Source of the DNA: Alphaproteobacteria bacterium
Lineage (GTDB): Bacteria; Pseudomonadota; Alphaproteobacteria; UBA7887
Length of the DNA stretch: 64,000 nucleotides
Direction of reading: 5' to 3'
Assembly (NCBI GenBank): GCA_965216755.1
Contig: CBDCGL010000011.1
Coordinates: forward strand, 800,001 to 864,000
Numbering within the stretch: the first letter of the stretch is position 1; every line of letters begins with the position of its first letter. Below are positions 40,680 through 52,105 of the stretch, piece by piece. The notes beneath the pieces are model-generated. The model was not told the DNA's origin, made no database searches, and saw only the letters and a program-made list of their open reading frames with translations. Position numbers and translations under genes: made by a program.

Positions 40680-41858
40680 ATGGGACGATTGACCAGACGG
40701 CAGATGCTGGTGGGTTACCCACCGGCCCTCGCGATGGCGAGTGCAACAACGGTGTGGGCGGATGAGCGCACAGTCGTCGCGGACGCCACAAATGATTCAA
40801 TGCTGGAATCGGATCAGACCGGCGAACTCGTCATCAAACTTTGGGAAAAACCCTACGAAGTTCACTCCGAGAACGATCCCACAGCAAATGTTGAGGCGAT
40901 CAATGCTGCCATTGGAAGAGTCACCCGGACGAGTGTCGGTCGCACGGATAGAAACGAGCGTGGCCTGCCGCTATTTCCGCGCGGTGAAATGACGCCGGCA
41001 ACGATATTGTTTCCCCGCGGACGCATTTTGATCAACGCGCCAATCAAGTGGCGCACCGGCGCCGAATTGCGCGGTTTTGCACCCAGTCCAGCGGCATGGT
41101 GGCATGGTAGCGAGTTGTTTTTGGTTGATGGGTCCAACTGCAATATGATCGAAACCGTGCCCGAAAAAGATGACTGGATACATTGGGCACGACTAACCAA
41201 TTTGCGACTTGACGGAAACAAGCGTGGTCAAACTCCTGGGTCGGGCAGTTGCATTTATGTTCACAGATCTGGCGAGTGCACGGTCATTGATAGAGTCCAG
41301 GCCAAGAATGGCGCGAACTATAATATCCACTTCGGTGGCCCCGGCGAGCACGCGCCAATTATGGTACGGGATTGCAGTACGTTTCATGGCCACAATGGCC
41401 AATACCTGATCGAAGGAGGCGGCCGGGCGTCGATCTTGTCGCCCTCCGGAGACCAAGTCGCCGACAACCCTGATAAGCCATTTTTTCACCTACGGTCGAA
41501 CGGAAGTGGCTGTATTCACGTGTCCTCGCCGAAATTGGAGGGGCCGCAGCGCCTTCTGGATGTTGACATACCGCCAGACGACTTCGACAGGGCTCAGCCA
41601 TCAATTAGCGTCTACGATGGCGGCGCAAATGGATTGGCACATGGTGGTATTCAATTAAGCGAGTTTATCCGGATTCTAGGCGGCCATCCGGCAATTCTCC
41701 TGTCTCAGACGTCTGCGTACGGATATTCGAACCTTTTGACGGACTATATGCGTGGCAAATCGATACCCCTTCTCGGGGCTGGCGCAGATCAGACACAGGG
41801 ACTATTTACGTATCGGGTACGCGTACGCCACTATGATCTCAACGGTGACCCAATCTAA
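40680..41858 (+). CDS. Tat-exported pectate-lyase-superfamily (parallel beta-helix) protein, function unknown
   Basis: GGAGG RBS; LTRRQML Tat signal ending VWA; DPTANVEAINAAI...ILFPRGRILINAPI resembles the Pectate_lyase_3 N-terminus; NLRLDGN. Confidence 0.65.
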   Translation: MGRLTRRQMLVGYPPALAMASATTVWADERTVVADATNDSMLESDQTGELVIKLWEKPYEVHSENDPTANVEAINAAIGRVTRTSVGRTDRNERGLPLFPRGEMTPATILFPRGRILINAPIKWRTGAELRGFAPSPAAWWHGSELFLVDGSNCNMIETVPEKDDWIHWARLTNLRLDGNKRGQTPGSGSCIYVHRSGECTVIDRVQAKNGANYNIHFGGPGEHAPIMVRDCSTFHGHNGQYLIEGGGRASILSPSGDQVADNPDKPFFHLRSNGSGCIHVSSPKLEGPQRLLDVDIPPDDFDRAQPSISVYDGGANGLAHGGIQLSEFIRILGGHPAILLSQTSAYGYSNLLTDYMRGKSIPLLGAGADQTQGLFTYRVRVRHYDLNGDPI

Positions 41859-41962
41859 CGAGATGTATCGAGTTCTGGGGCGGGCGGTGACATGCAATCA
41901 AGATGCAAGGGCTATCAACCACCCTTGCATTTGAAAAAGGCGCGTGCCCTTCAAGAGATTTC

Positions 41963-43795
41963 TTACAAAGGCGTCGCCAAATCGACGTCGAGATTCGCGA
42001 TGTCCGCGCGGTCCCTGTTTGCAAACTCAAGGCGGTAAAGGCGCTCGAAATGGCCTTTCGTCTGCATCAGTGAATGCATCGTCCCTTGTTCAACGATTCG
42101 GCCAGCATCAAGAACAATGATGTTGTCGGCCCGTTCTATTGTCGACAACCTGTGGGCGACGACCACCACCGTCCGATCTCGGCACAACTCCTCCAAGGCC
42201 GACTGAATCAGATGCTCTGACACCGCATCCAATGCGTTGGTCGCCTCATCAAGTATAAGAAAATCTGGATCTCGGATAAATGCTCTGGCAATTGTTAGAC
42301 GTTGTTTTTGCCCGCCAGACAGCCGAACACCATGATCACCAACGATTGTGTCATATCGATCAATCAGATTCTCCGTGAACCCATGTGCCCGGGCAAGTTT
42401 TGCGGCCTGAGTAATTTCATCATCCGATGCATGCGGACGCCCGTACGCGATGTTTTGACGTATGGAAGTGTTAAAGCAAAACGGTGTTTGTTCGACGATG
42501 GCAATCCTTTGTCGCCAAGATTTCAAATCAAGCGACTCGAGCGGCGTACCATCAACGAAGATTGCGCCTTCCGTCGGGTCGTAGAAACGCACCAGCAGCT
42601 TGAGGACTGTGCTCTTGCCCGCGCCGGACGCGCCAACCAACGCAGTGGTTTTGCCGCGCGGCAACGTCATCGAGATATTCCGCAGCGCGGCGACATTCTT
42701 ACTATCGTACGTAAATGAAACATTCCGAAATTCGATTTGATGTTCCATTTTTTCGAAAGGAATGTTGCCGGAATGGACGTATGGTTTATTCCAGCGCTCC
42801 AACATGTATGTGGTTTCGCGTACGGCCGCAGCTTCCTTCGAAAGCCGGACGCGCGCGATCTCTGCGGCCTTGATGCTTGGCGCAAGGCGAAGGACAATGA
42901 ATATGAAGACGATTAGCTCTGGGAGCCCGTTGCCAAACCGCCCGACAGTTAACAATATCGTGACCAAGAGTAGAGATGCGAAAAACTCAAAAAGCGGACT
43001 GACCACCTCAATGGTGGCGGTGCTCTTAAACGTCAAACTTCGATGGTCTTTAGAGTTCTTTTCGAATTTTTCTTTTTCTAATTCTTCAGCACCGAAAGAT
43101 CTAATAACATTAATACCTTCAACACTTTCGATCATTTTCTTTGAAAGTGCTTTGTTCGCTTCTGTAAGCAAATGACCAAATACAGAAGATTTGTGCGCCA
43201 AATATAATACTATACATGCGATAACCGCCGCAAATAAAACAAATATACTTGCAAGTTCCCAAGATACTGCAATTAATAAAGCAAAATAAACCAGGACCGT
43301 ACACAGTGAAAATACCATCGTGAGAAAAATAATGACGGCATCGCTTGTTCTCACGGTTTCGACGGTCAGCGCGTTCAAGACTCTGCCGGCGTCTGATTTT
43401 TCAAGGAAACTGTGCCCAACGGTCATGACTTGGTCAAAAATACCGGAACGCAAGCGGTGACTGATATGGGTTTGCACCCAGCTCGTCACCACCTGGTTTG
43501 CGTAAGCCAACATGGATTGGGCGATAATCGCCAATACAATGATTGCCGATATTATAGCAATACGGCTATTGCGCGGTTGTTCGTTAAACATGCCGTTTAC
43601 GACCCGAAGCCACCAATTCGCTTCGCTTGAGACCCCCGACGTTTCCATGAGGCTATGGAGAAAAGGGATGAACAGGCTAAGGCCAATGCCACCTGCAAGC
43701 GACGAAAGCGTGCCGATAACAATGACCGCGGGCATCGCCCACGGATAAATATTGATCAGTGGCAGGATCGCCCGAATAGTCTGAAGCGTACGCAT
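41963..43795 (-). CDS. ABC transporter permease/ATP-binding fusion (HepA/PglK/MsbA-like lipid-linked glycan flippase)
   Basis: 6-TM N-terminal domain; GASGAGKS, LSGGQKQR, ILDEAT, AHRLST. Confidence 0.9.
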   Translation of the reverse strand: MRTLQTIRAILPLINIYPWAMPAVIVIGTLSSLAGGIGLSLFIPFLHSLMETSGVSSEANWWLRVVNGMFNEQPRNSRIAIISAIIVLAIIAQSMLAYANQVVTSWVQTHISHRLRSGIFDQVMTVGHSFLEKSDAGRVLNALTVETVRTSDAVIIFLTMVFSLCTVLVYFALLIAVSWELASIFVLFAAVIACIVLYLAHKSSVFGHLLTEANKALSKKMIESVEGINVIRSFGAEELEKEKFEKNSKDHRSLTFKSTATIEVVSPLFEFFASLLLVTILLTVGRFGNGLPELIVFIFIVLRLAPSIKAAEIARVRLSKEAAAVRETTYMLERWNKPYVHSGNIPFEKMEHQIEFRNVSFTYDSKNVAALRNISMTLPRGKTTALVGASGAGKSTVLKLLVRFYDPTEGAIFVDGTPLESLDLKSWRQRIAIVEQTPFCFNTSIRQNIAYGRPHASDDEITQAAKLARAHGFTENLIDRYDTIVGDHGVRLSGGQKQRLTIARAFIRDPDFLILDEATNALDAVSEHLIQSALEELCRDRTVVVVAHRLSTIERADNIIVLDAGRIVEQGTMHSLMQTKGHFERLYRLEFANRDRADIANLDVDLATPL

Positions 43796-43964
43796 CGATC
43801 CTAGGTGCGGCTTGGGCTCAGCCCAAGAGCGAACGGGCGAGCAGACAGCGTCAGAACGAGTCGGCAGAGAGTGACCAACAGGACCAATATTTTCTTTCGA
43901 TTACGCGCTGCCATGTGGCCTACCGCCCCGGAAAACTCAGCAAGCCGCGCCGGCCGTCGGCACT

Positions 43965-45254
43965 TCACGCCCGCGCTTCCACGGTCCGCCCAACGGGGCT
44001 GCCTGCCAACCTCTCACGGACCTTTAAGCAGCGCCAACCAATCGCGCCGAGGAGAAAAAGAAGCCAAAAATAGAAGATGTGGGATATGATTGGTAGTAGT
44101 AGGTTGAAGCTCATGAAAATAACGAGGACGACAACACTTACCGACACGCTTTCGAAGAATGCCTGTGCAGCCTTGTTGCCTTGTACGATGGCCATCCGCG
44201 CCCCGTCGAGCGCGACACGCCATACACTGACGATCGCGACCACAAAAACGGCGTACGAGACTAGTCCACCCAACAAAAGGAAAATCACCAGATCTGAATG
44301 CACGGGCGCTTGTTCCATAACGACGTCGGCACCACCCCATCCCTCGCCCCAAGACGGATTCCAGTCGTAAAACGACACCACGGCGTTTGACATAAACGCG
44401 TCGCCAAACAGCAAAGAGCCGGCAAGTATCTCTTCGCGTGCCAACAACAAGACCATAATACGAAAGTCATTGTTACTCTGACCGCCAAGTAACTCTTCTT
44501 TTACATATGGTTCTATCTGAAATATGAGGAGTCCAGCGTCCGGCCAGATCAGATAGACGAGCGGCATCAGGAGTAAGCCCGCCAAGAGCGCCACACCAAT
44601 GGATGCCGCAATTTGCCGCCACCCCATGATAAAGGCACAAGTCATGGCGCCCGCACAGAGTGTCGAGACAGTTAACGAAGATGTCGGCCGCAGTGCAAGG
44701 TAAGCAAGAAGCAAAACCACAAGCAAAACGGTTGTATATTTCTTCCTCAGCAACATACTGAGACACAGCGTATAAACAAAAATAAAAGATTTAACATGAC
44801 CAGCCGTTTTCCCAATAATGAATGGTAAAAAATACCAGGCACAAGCGAAACACATTACGATCAGGATGCCGCGCGTTAACCAATCGAAATCTATTTGACT
44901 CCTATGCCACGGAATAAATGCGGCCATACCGACACAAATGAGGGGCAACAAAGCAGATGCGTAACCTTCGGAGCCACCGGTCACCCGACCGAGAATGAAC
45001 GCCACAGCACCAGCTCCGGCCAACGCTAGGAAAATGACGGGGTAAGCCGGATACAGGTTAAAGACGCCGTTCTGAATCAGGACCAAGGCGGTCAAGCCTG
45101 CGAGCCCCACGAAATACAGGTATTTGAGTTTGCTGTGGTGCCGCCCGTGCTCAATGTACGCCGTCGCATCGAGACTGAAGATGACCAGGACCACAACCAA
45201 CCCCCAAAATACCAAAGAACTCTGGAAGGCAGATTCGTCTGGCATTGCGATCAT
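43965..45254 (-). CDS. multi-TM Wzy/O-antigen-ligase-like protein 3 (putative polymerase)
   Basis: About 11-12 TM helices; periplasmic loop 'SNNDFR...LLFG...PVHSDLVIFLLLGG' (R...H-S-D analogue of the Wzy_C motif); low GC. Confidence 0.62.
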   Translation of the reverse strand: MIAMPDESAFQSSLVFWGLVVVLVIFSLDATAYIEHGRHHSKLKYLYFVGLAGLTALVLIQNGVFNLYPAYPVIFLALAGAGAVAFILGRVTGGSEGYASALLPLICVGMAAFIPWHRSQIDFDWLTRGILIVMCFACAWYFLPFIIGKTAGHVKSFIFVYTLCLSMLLRKKYTTVLLVVLLLAYLALRPTSSLTVSTLCAGAMTCAFIMGWRQIAASIGVALLAGLLLMPLVYLIWPDAGLLIFQIEPYVKEELLGGQSNNDFRIMVLLLAREEILAGSLLFGDAFMSNAVVSFYDWNPSWGEGWGGADVVMEQAPVHSDLVIFLLLGGLVSYAVFVVAIVSVWRVALDGARMAIVQGNKAAQAFFESVSVSVVVLVIFMSFNLLLPIISHIFYFWLLFLLGAIGWRCLKVRERLAGSPVGRTVEARA

Positions 45255-45479
45255 GATTCTCTCATTCGGTTACATCATAAGATTATTTATGACGAATATT
45301 ATACTCGCCACCCAACTATACTCACCGCTCAACTATTCTCGCGACTCAACGACCAAGAACCAGATATCTGAAACTTGGACTTGAAAGTGATCCACAAGCC
45401 ATTCTTATATGGCACCTAGCCGCATCGGACAATGCTTCGACACCCCTATCCGCATCAGTGCATAACAACACGGCAATAT

Positions 45480-46098
45480 GGAACAGGCACACGAGGAGTT
45501 TGTTGAAGACCCGCTTGACTTGATCGCTGTACCGATAACGGAAGCGGCGAAAAGGCCGGGATCCGAATCTGGCGTGGCATCGGTTTGATGTTCGCCCAAG
45601 CCTTGCGGTCTGCCATTTGTTGCCGCGGCGTGGCGCTGTCATAGGCGCGATCGGCCAACAGAATGTTGCTGGCGCCCAGACGGTCCGGCATATCGGGCGC
45701 GGCTTCTTGGTATTTGCTTTACGCTTGGTCTTGAGTCGCAGTTTCGGTTTGACCGATAGATGATGGGCTTTCATTAAGCGATTGATGCGTTTCTGCTCGG
45801 CGACGATGCCGCCAACAAAACGCAAAGTATGCCCAGACCCGGCGATAGCCGGGGAACGGATGCGCTGCCTTCAGAGTGCGAATGCACGCAACGAGATCGT
45901 TACTCTGTTCGGCGACTTCGGCATAGGCGCCGCGTATCATCCCGCCACTTCGTCGTTTTTTCTCAGTTCCACAGTTAACGCGCCGTTCCTGTGATCAATT
46001 CGATCCGCTGAAAGTCACCGGACAGGAGCATTTGCTCAGGGCTATGCCTAAGCCGCCTTGCTCACGCGAACTCTCCGGTCGAAATGGGGGCCACTTCA
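45480..46098 (-). pseudogene. nested IS remnants: IS3-family 5' part with left IR plus IS5-family 3' fragment
   Basis: Left-IR-like TGAAGTGGCCCCCATTTCGACCGG from 46098; SGDFQRIELITG; HPFPGYRRVWAY / KRINRLMKAH (IS3 OrfB HTH); LLADRAYD...AWANIKPMP (IS5 DDE fragment); frameshifted. Confidence 0.72.
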
Positions 46099-46415
46099 AG
46101 ATGCTGCGTGCTATCGCCGTGGCATGCCGAGCCAAGATTGCACGGATTTGATGGCGTGAGTCACCCAGGCCGCATGGGCAGACAACCCCTATTTCGTGGC
46201 ATCTGTTTGCGCTGCCGCGTTCACACCATATTGTTTTTGTGCGCGGCCGTAACCAGCATGACTAAGTCACTGAGGAAGCGACACAGTTTCATACGACCTT
46301 CAATCAAATCGCCAAAGATCGGATCCCAATGCCTTACTTGCTCGCAACCACGAAACCTTCAACCCGTACCTCTCGCCGCGGCGTGCAAATGGGGCACTAA
46401 GCGGGGAAGCGGCAC

Positions 46416-47480
46416 ATGGCGAAACGGCTACTACTTTGGGGATTGACGTTGACGTTGCCGCTGGTGCTGCTGGCGGTCGCCATTGAGACATATGGTGCCC
46501 TATTTCACGCGAGCCGCGGTATGTATCGCTACGAAGCGAAATTAGGATGGGCACCGAAACGAAACTATGTCTACGAAGGCACTGGTCTCAATTCCAATGG
46601 CGAAGAATACAGTATAGTTGCCGCAACAAACGAGCATGGTTTTCGTTTGTGGGGTAATGTAAATGCAAAAAACAAAAAGATTCTATTCTTGGGAGATTCG
46701 TATACCGGCGAACCGGATATGTCAGATGAACACGCGTATTTTTCGGAAGTAAAGCGTTTGACAGACTTGGAAGTATTCGCGATAGGCGCCGGTGGCTATG
46801 GAACACTTCAAGAACTCATGTTATTGCGAGATTTCGACGAAATCATCAGCCCAGATATATTATCATTACAATTCTGCGATAATGACTTCGTAAATAATAG
46901 TTTTATCCTCGAAGATCATTCTATTGTTCGCAATCAAAAGAACCTTCGTCCTTATTTTAAAGACGGAGATATCATCTATCGTCAATCTGTTCGGCACTGG
47001 TACCGGTTCTTGTATACTTATTCTAGGATCTTTCGCCTACTGGACGGATTGGCTCAGCAGTACCAATACACCAGGTACGATGGCTATTTCGTGCCGCCTT
47101 TTCGCGGCGTCGGCGGCCTAGTCCAGAAACAGACGGATCAAGGCTTAGATCCTTTGACTGACGAAAACCGAAACGCTGAAGACTTAACAATCCGCCTTTT
47201 GAAAATGATGGCGGATGTCGTCTCCGAAGAAACCATATTGCTGACTTTCAACTGCTCGACACGAAGAAAAACTGACCAATATCGTTGGCTTCGCGTGGCA
47301 ACGGCCGCCGGCTTTCAGCCGTTGCCTGGAATATCCCAGGCCATTGAAACCGCAAAGAAAAACGGCGTTCCGGTCTACGCACGTGACGGCGCCCATTGGG
47401 GACCGGAAGGCCATCGCATCGTCGGAATGGCACTTGCCGACGAACTAAACCGAATACTAAGTGATGCGCACGCCGATTAG
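46416..47480 (+). CDS. membrane-anchored SGNH/GDSL-family protein (putative polysaccharide O-acetyl transferase/esterase, AlgX/AlgJ-like)
   Basis: N-terminal TM; FLGDSY, GAGGYGTLQE, FCDND, DGAHW blocks; low GC. Confidence 0.82.
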   Translation: MAKRLLLWGLTLTLPLVLLAVAIETYGALFHASRGMYRYEAKLGWAPKRNYVYEGTGLNSNGEEYSIVAATNEHGFRLWGNVNAKNKKILFLGDSYTGEPDMSDEHAYFSEVKRLTDLEVFAIGAGGYGTLQELMLLRDFDEIISPDILSLQFCDNDFVNNSFILEDHSIVRNQKNLRPYFKDGDIIYRQSVRHWYRFLYTYSRIFRLLDGLAQQYQYTRYDGYFVPPFRGVGGLVQKQTDQGLDPLTDENRNAEDLTIRLLKMMADVVSEETILLTFNCSTRRKTDQYRWLRVATAAGFQPLPGISQAIETAKKNGVPVYARDGAHWGPEGHRIVGMALADELNRILSDAHAD

Positions 47481-48038
47481 GCCATCGACTCATAACGCCG
47501 GGCCCATATTCTCAATGACGCTAACGTTGCGAGCGCGAGGAAGGGTCTGAAGGCGGGGATCCTGATCCGCCGCCGCATCGGTTTGGTGTTCGCCCAAGCC
47601 TCGCGGTCTGCCTTCTGTTGCCGCAGCGCATCGCTGTCAAAAAGCGCCCAGCCCTGCGGGTTTGCGACCGGCGGGCGTCCCCCAATGGGAATCCATGTGC
47701 ACGACCACATTGGTCGGCCGACTTGCCCGATGCGCTCGTGCGGTGGATCGGACGAGATCCAAATATTCGGCTCGTGTCCTGACGAAACCGAAGTTCGTAA
47801 GGTGCCTGGGTCAGACGTGACGAACTTCGGTTTCGGGACACGAGCGTCGCGCTGCGCCGCAAGTCGTCGGCGCGCGCGACACCGCGTGGTTTGTTGGGCA
47901 GCAAAGGTCTTATGATCGACCATTCGAGGTCTGAAAGTTCGTTCCGTCTTGGTGACATCGTGGGCCCCCGTCCTTGATGGAGCCTTTGACTCACGGGTCG
48001 ACCAAAATCGGAATCCCATTCATGAGTTCATGGACTAG
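47478..48038 (-). mobile_element. internally deleted IS5-family (IS427-like) element, about 560 bp, both ends retained
   Basis: Ends TAGGCCATCGACTCATAA and (reverse complement) TAGTCCATGAACTCATGA; N-terminal fragment ELSDLEWSIIRPLLPNKPRGVARADD and C-terminal fragment DSDALR...AWANTKP. Confidence 0.75.
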
Positions 48039-48141
48039 TCCAATTGTCCTCCGGCAATTGACACTGGTATAGCGCAAACTGCACGCGTGCCGCCCTAGGC
48101 TTTCAGCGTGCTCACTATTAGCTTTCCGTCACTGTTGAGCG

Positions 48142-49020
48142 TCAATCGTTTGCTAACAGATGGATAAGGCTTGACGTGTCCCAGCGCCCGCCGCCGCGTT
48201 GTTGGACATGGGCATAGAACTGATCGATCATCGCGGTGGCCGGCAACCGTGCTTTGTTGCTTTGGGCTTCCTCCAAGACGATGCGCAGGTCCTTGCGCAT
48301 CCAATCAACGGCGAAACCGAAATCAAATTTGTCTTCCGCCATTGTGATGGCCCGGTTCTCCATCTGCCAAGAACCCGCCGCGCCTTTTGAGATCACATCG
48401 ACAAGTTTGGGTATGTCCAACCCCGCCTTGACGCCGAAATTGATGCCCTCAGAAAGTCCCTGCAGCAATCCGGCGATACAGATCTGGTTGACCATTTTGG
48501 TCAGTTGACCCGCGCCAGCGTCGCCCATCAATGTCACCGCGCGGGCGTAGGAATCCATCACAGGGCTTGCCGTATCAAAGGTCGCCTGCGCGCCCCCCAC
48601 CATGATCGTCAGAACACCATTTTCGGCGCCCGCTTGGCCGCCGGACACAGGGGCGTCGAGGAATCCAAATCCCTTCTGCTTGGCCGCGGCTTCCAATTCA
48701 CGGGCCAGGTTCGCCGAAGCCGTCGTATGATCGACCAGAATGGCATCTTGGCTCATACCGGCGAAGGCGCCGTTGTCGCCATAGGTTACGCTGCGCACAT
48801 CTTCATCATTGCCGACACACATGAAGACGATTTCGCGATTCGCCGCAGCTTGGGCGGGTGTCTCGGCCGCAGCCCCACCATGCGCCGCGACCCATTCGTC
48901 CGCCTTGGCTTTTGTGCGATTGTAGACAACGACGTCGTGGCCCTTCGCGGCCAAATGACCAGCCATCGGGTAGCCCATGACGCCGAGACCGAGAAATGCG
49001 ACCTTTTGCTGCCCGCTCAT
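48142..49020 (-). CDS. NAD(P)-dependent beta-hydroxyacid dehydrogenase (3-hydroxyisobutyrate / tartronate semialdehyde reductase family)
   Basis: FLGLGVMGYPMA, DAPVSGGQAGA, GQLTKMVNQ, WMRKDL. Confidence 0.92.
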   Translation of the reverse strand: MSGQQKVAFLGLGVMGYPMAGHLAAKGHDVVVYNRTKAKADEWVAAHGGAAAETPAQAAANREIVFMCVGNDEDVRSVTYGDNGAFAGMSQDAILVDHTTASANLARELEAAAKQKGFGFLDAPVSGGQAGAENGVLTIMVGGAQATFDTASPVMDSYARAVTLMGDAGAGQLTKMVNQICIAGLLQGLSEGINFGVKAGLDIPKLVDVISKGAAGSWQMENRAITMAEDKFDFGFAVDWMRKDLRIVLEEAQSNKARLPATAMIDQFYAHVQQRGGGRWDTSSLIHLLAND

Positions 49021-49123
49021 GATGTCCTCGCTGTGATCGGAAATGTGACAACGCTCTTATACCAAGCGCCGGGGAGGTTGACCAACCTCAGACCCACCGA
49101 GAGATAGAAAGAGGGAGCTTTCA

Positions 49124-49891
49124 ATGGGGACCACACCAAAAAAGATCGTCATGGTCACCGGGGCAACATCCGGGATCGGCGCAGCGACCGCCAGGCGCTT
49201 TGCCCAAGATGACTGCGCGCTCATCATTCTCGGACGACGCGCCGATCGACTGCGGGCGCTGGCCGCGGAGGTTGAGGTTCCGGTCCATTGCCTTGCTGTA
49301 GATGTAACCGATGCTGGCGCCGTGGCCGACGCGATCGGCGGACTACCTGCAGCGTTTCTGGCCGTCGATGTATTGGTCAACAACGCGGGCCTGGCGCGCG
49401 GCCTGGCGGCGGCACAAGATGCGTCCTTGCAAGATTGGGACGAGATGATCGAGACCAATGTCAAGGGATCGGCCTATTGCACGCACGCGGTGCTACCCGG
49501 CATGGTCGCGCGTAATCGCGGCCATATCATTAATGTCGGTTCGGTAGCCGGGTCCTATCCATACCCTGGCGGCAACGTCTATGGCGCGACAAAAGCATTT
49601 GTGCACCAGTTCACCTTGAATCTGAAAGCGGACTTGCTTCGGACTCGCGTCAGAACAACATGCTTAGAACCTGGTCTAACCGAAACAGAGTTTTCCCAGG
49701 TCCGCTTCCGCGGCGACCATGAAAAAGCCGCCCGGACCTATGCTGGCGCCGAGTCAATGACACCCGAGGATATGGCCGAAGTCATTTTTGCAGTCAACGC
49801 ACTTCCTGAGCGGGTCAATGTCAACCGCATCGAGGTTATGCCCGTGTGCCAAGGCTTTTCACCGTTTGCGATTGAGCGAACAAGCCGGTAG
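49124..49891 (+). CDS. SDR oxidoreductase, YdfG-like NADP-dependent 3-hydroxy acid dehydrogenase
   Basis: TGATSGIG, NNAGLA, GSVAG.YPYPGGNVYGATKAF, TEFS.VRF.GD. Confidence 0.9.
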   Translation: MGTTPKKIVMVTGATSGIGAATARRFAQDDCALIILGRRADRLRALAAEVEVPVHCLAVDVTDAGAVADAIGGLPAAFLAVDVLVNNAGLARGLAAAQDASLQDWDEMIETNVKGSAYCTHAVLPGMVARNRGHIINVGSVAGSYPYPGGNVYGATKAFVHQFTLNLKADLLRTRVRTTCLEPGLTETEFSQVRFRGDHEKAARTYAGAESMTPEDMAEVIFAVNALPERVNVNRIEVMPVCQGFSPFAIERTSR

Positions 49892-49905
49892 TTGTCCAGC
49901 GGCCC

Positions 49906-49944
49906 AAAAAAGGCCGGGGCCGGCGGATAACGCGCGACCCCAGC
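49906..49944 (-). terminator. intrinsic terminator of groESL
   Basis: Minus strand GCTGGGGTCG...CGGCCCCGGC stem followed by TTTTTT. Confidence 0.7.
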
Positions 49945-49974
49945 TGATACGTCACGTTGTGGTGCGGGGATAGG

Positions 49975-51931
<1,957 letters not shown>

Positions 51932-51973
51932 TGGCGTTCTCCAAACTTGCAGCTGCATCGAAAATGGCGTGCG

Positions 51974-52000
51974 CTAGCACTCTCAATTAACGAGTGCTAA
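51974..52000 (-). promoter_or_regulatory. CIRCE element (HrcA operator)
   Basis: TTAGCACTC-GTTAATTGA-GAGTGCTAG on the minus strand upstream of groES (one mismatch to consensus). Confidence 0.95.
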
Positions 52001-52011
52001 CGCGCAACCCG

Positions 52012-52040
52012 GTATATGGCCGGGCCAACCAACTGTCAAG
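52012..52040 (-). promoter_or_regulatory. putative RpoH-type promoter of groESL
   Basis: Minus strand CTTGAC...CCATATA just upstream of CIRCE. Confidence 0.6.
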
Positions 52041-52105
52041 TGGCACGGCGCAAGCTGTTGGAGTTGTCAAGGCCTATGGCAATGACGGGCCATCGACAAG
52101 CACGT

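Noticed and set aside
52041-52056. TGGCAC as a sigma-54 -24 box
   Set aside because: The -12 element reads AAGC rather than TTGC, and it points into the 3' end of hflX with no sense gene downstream.
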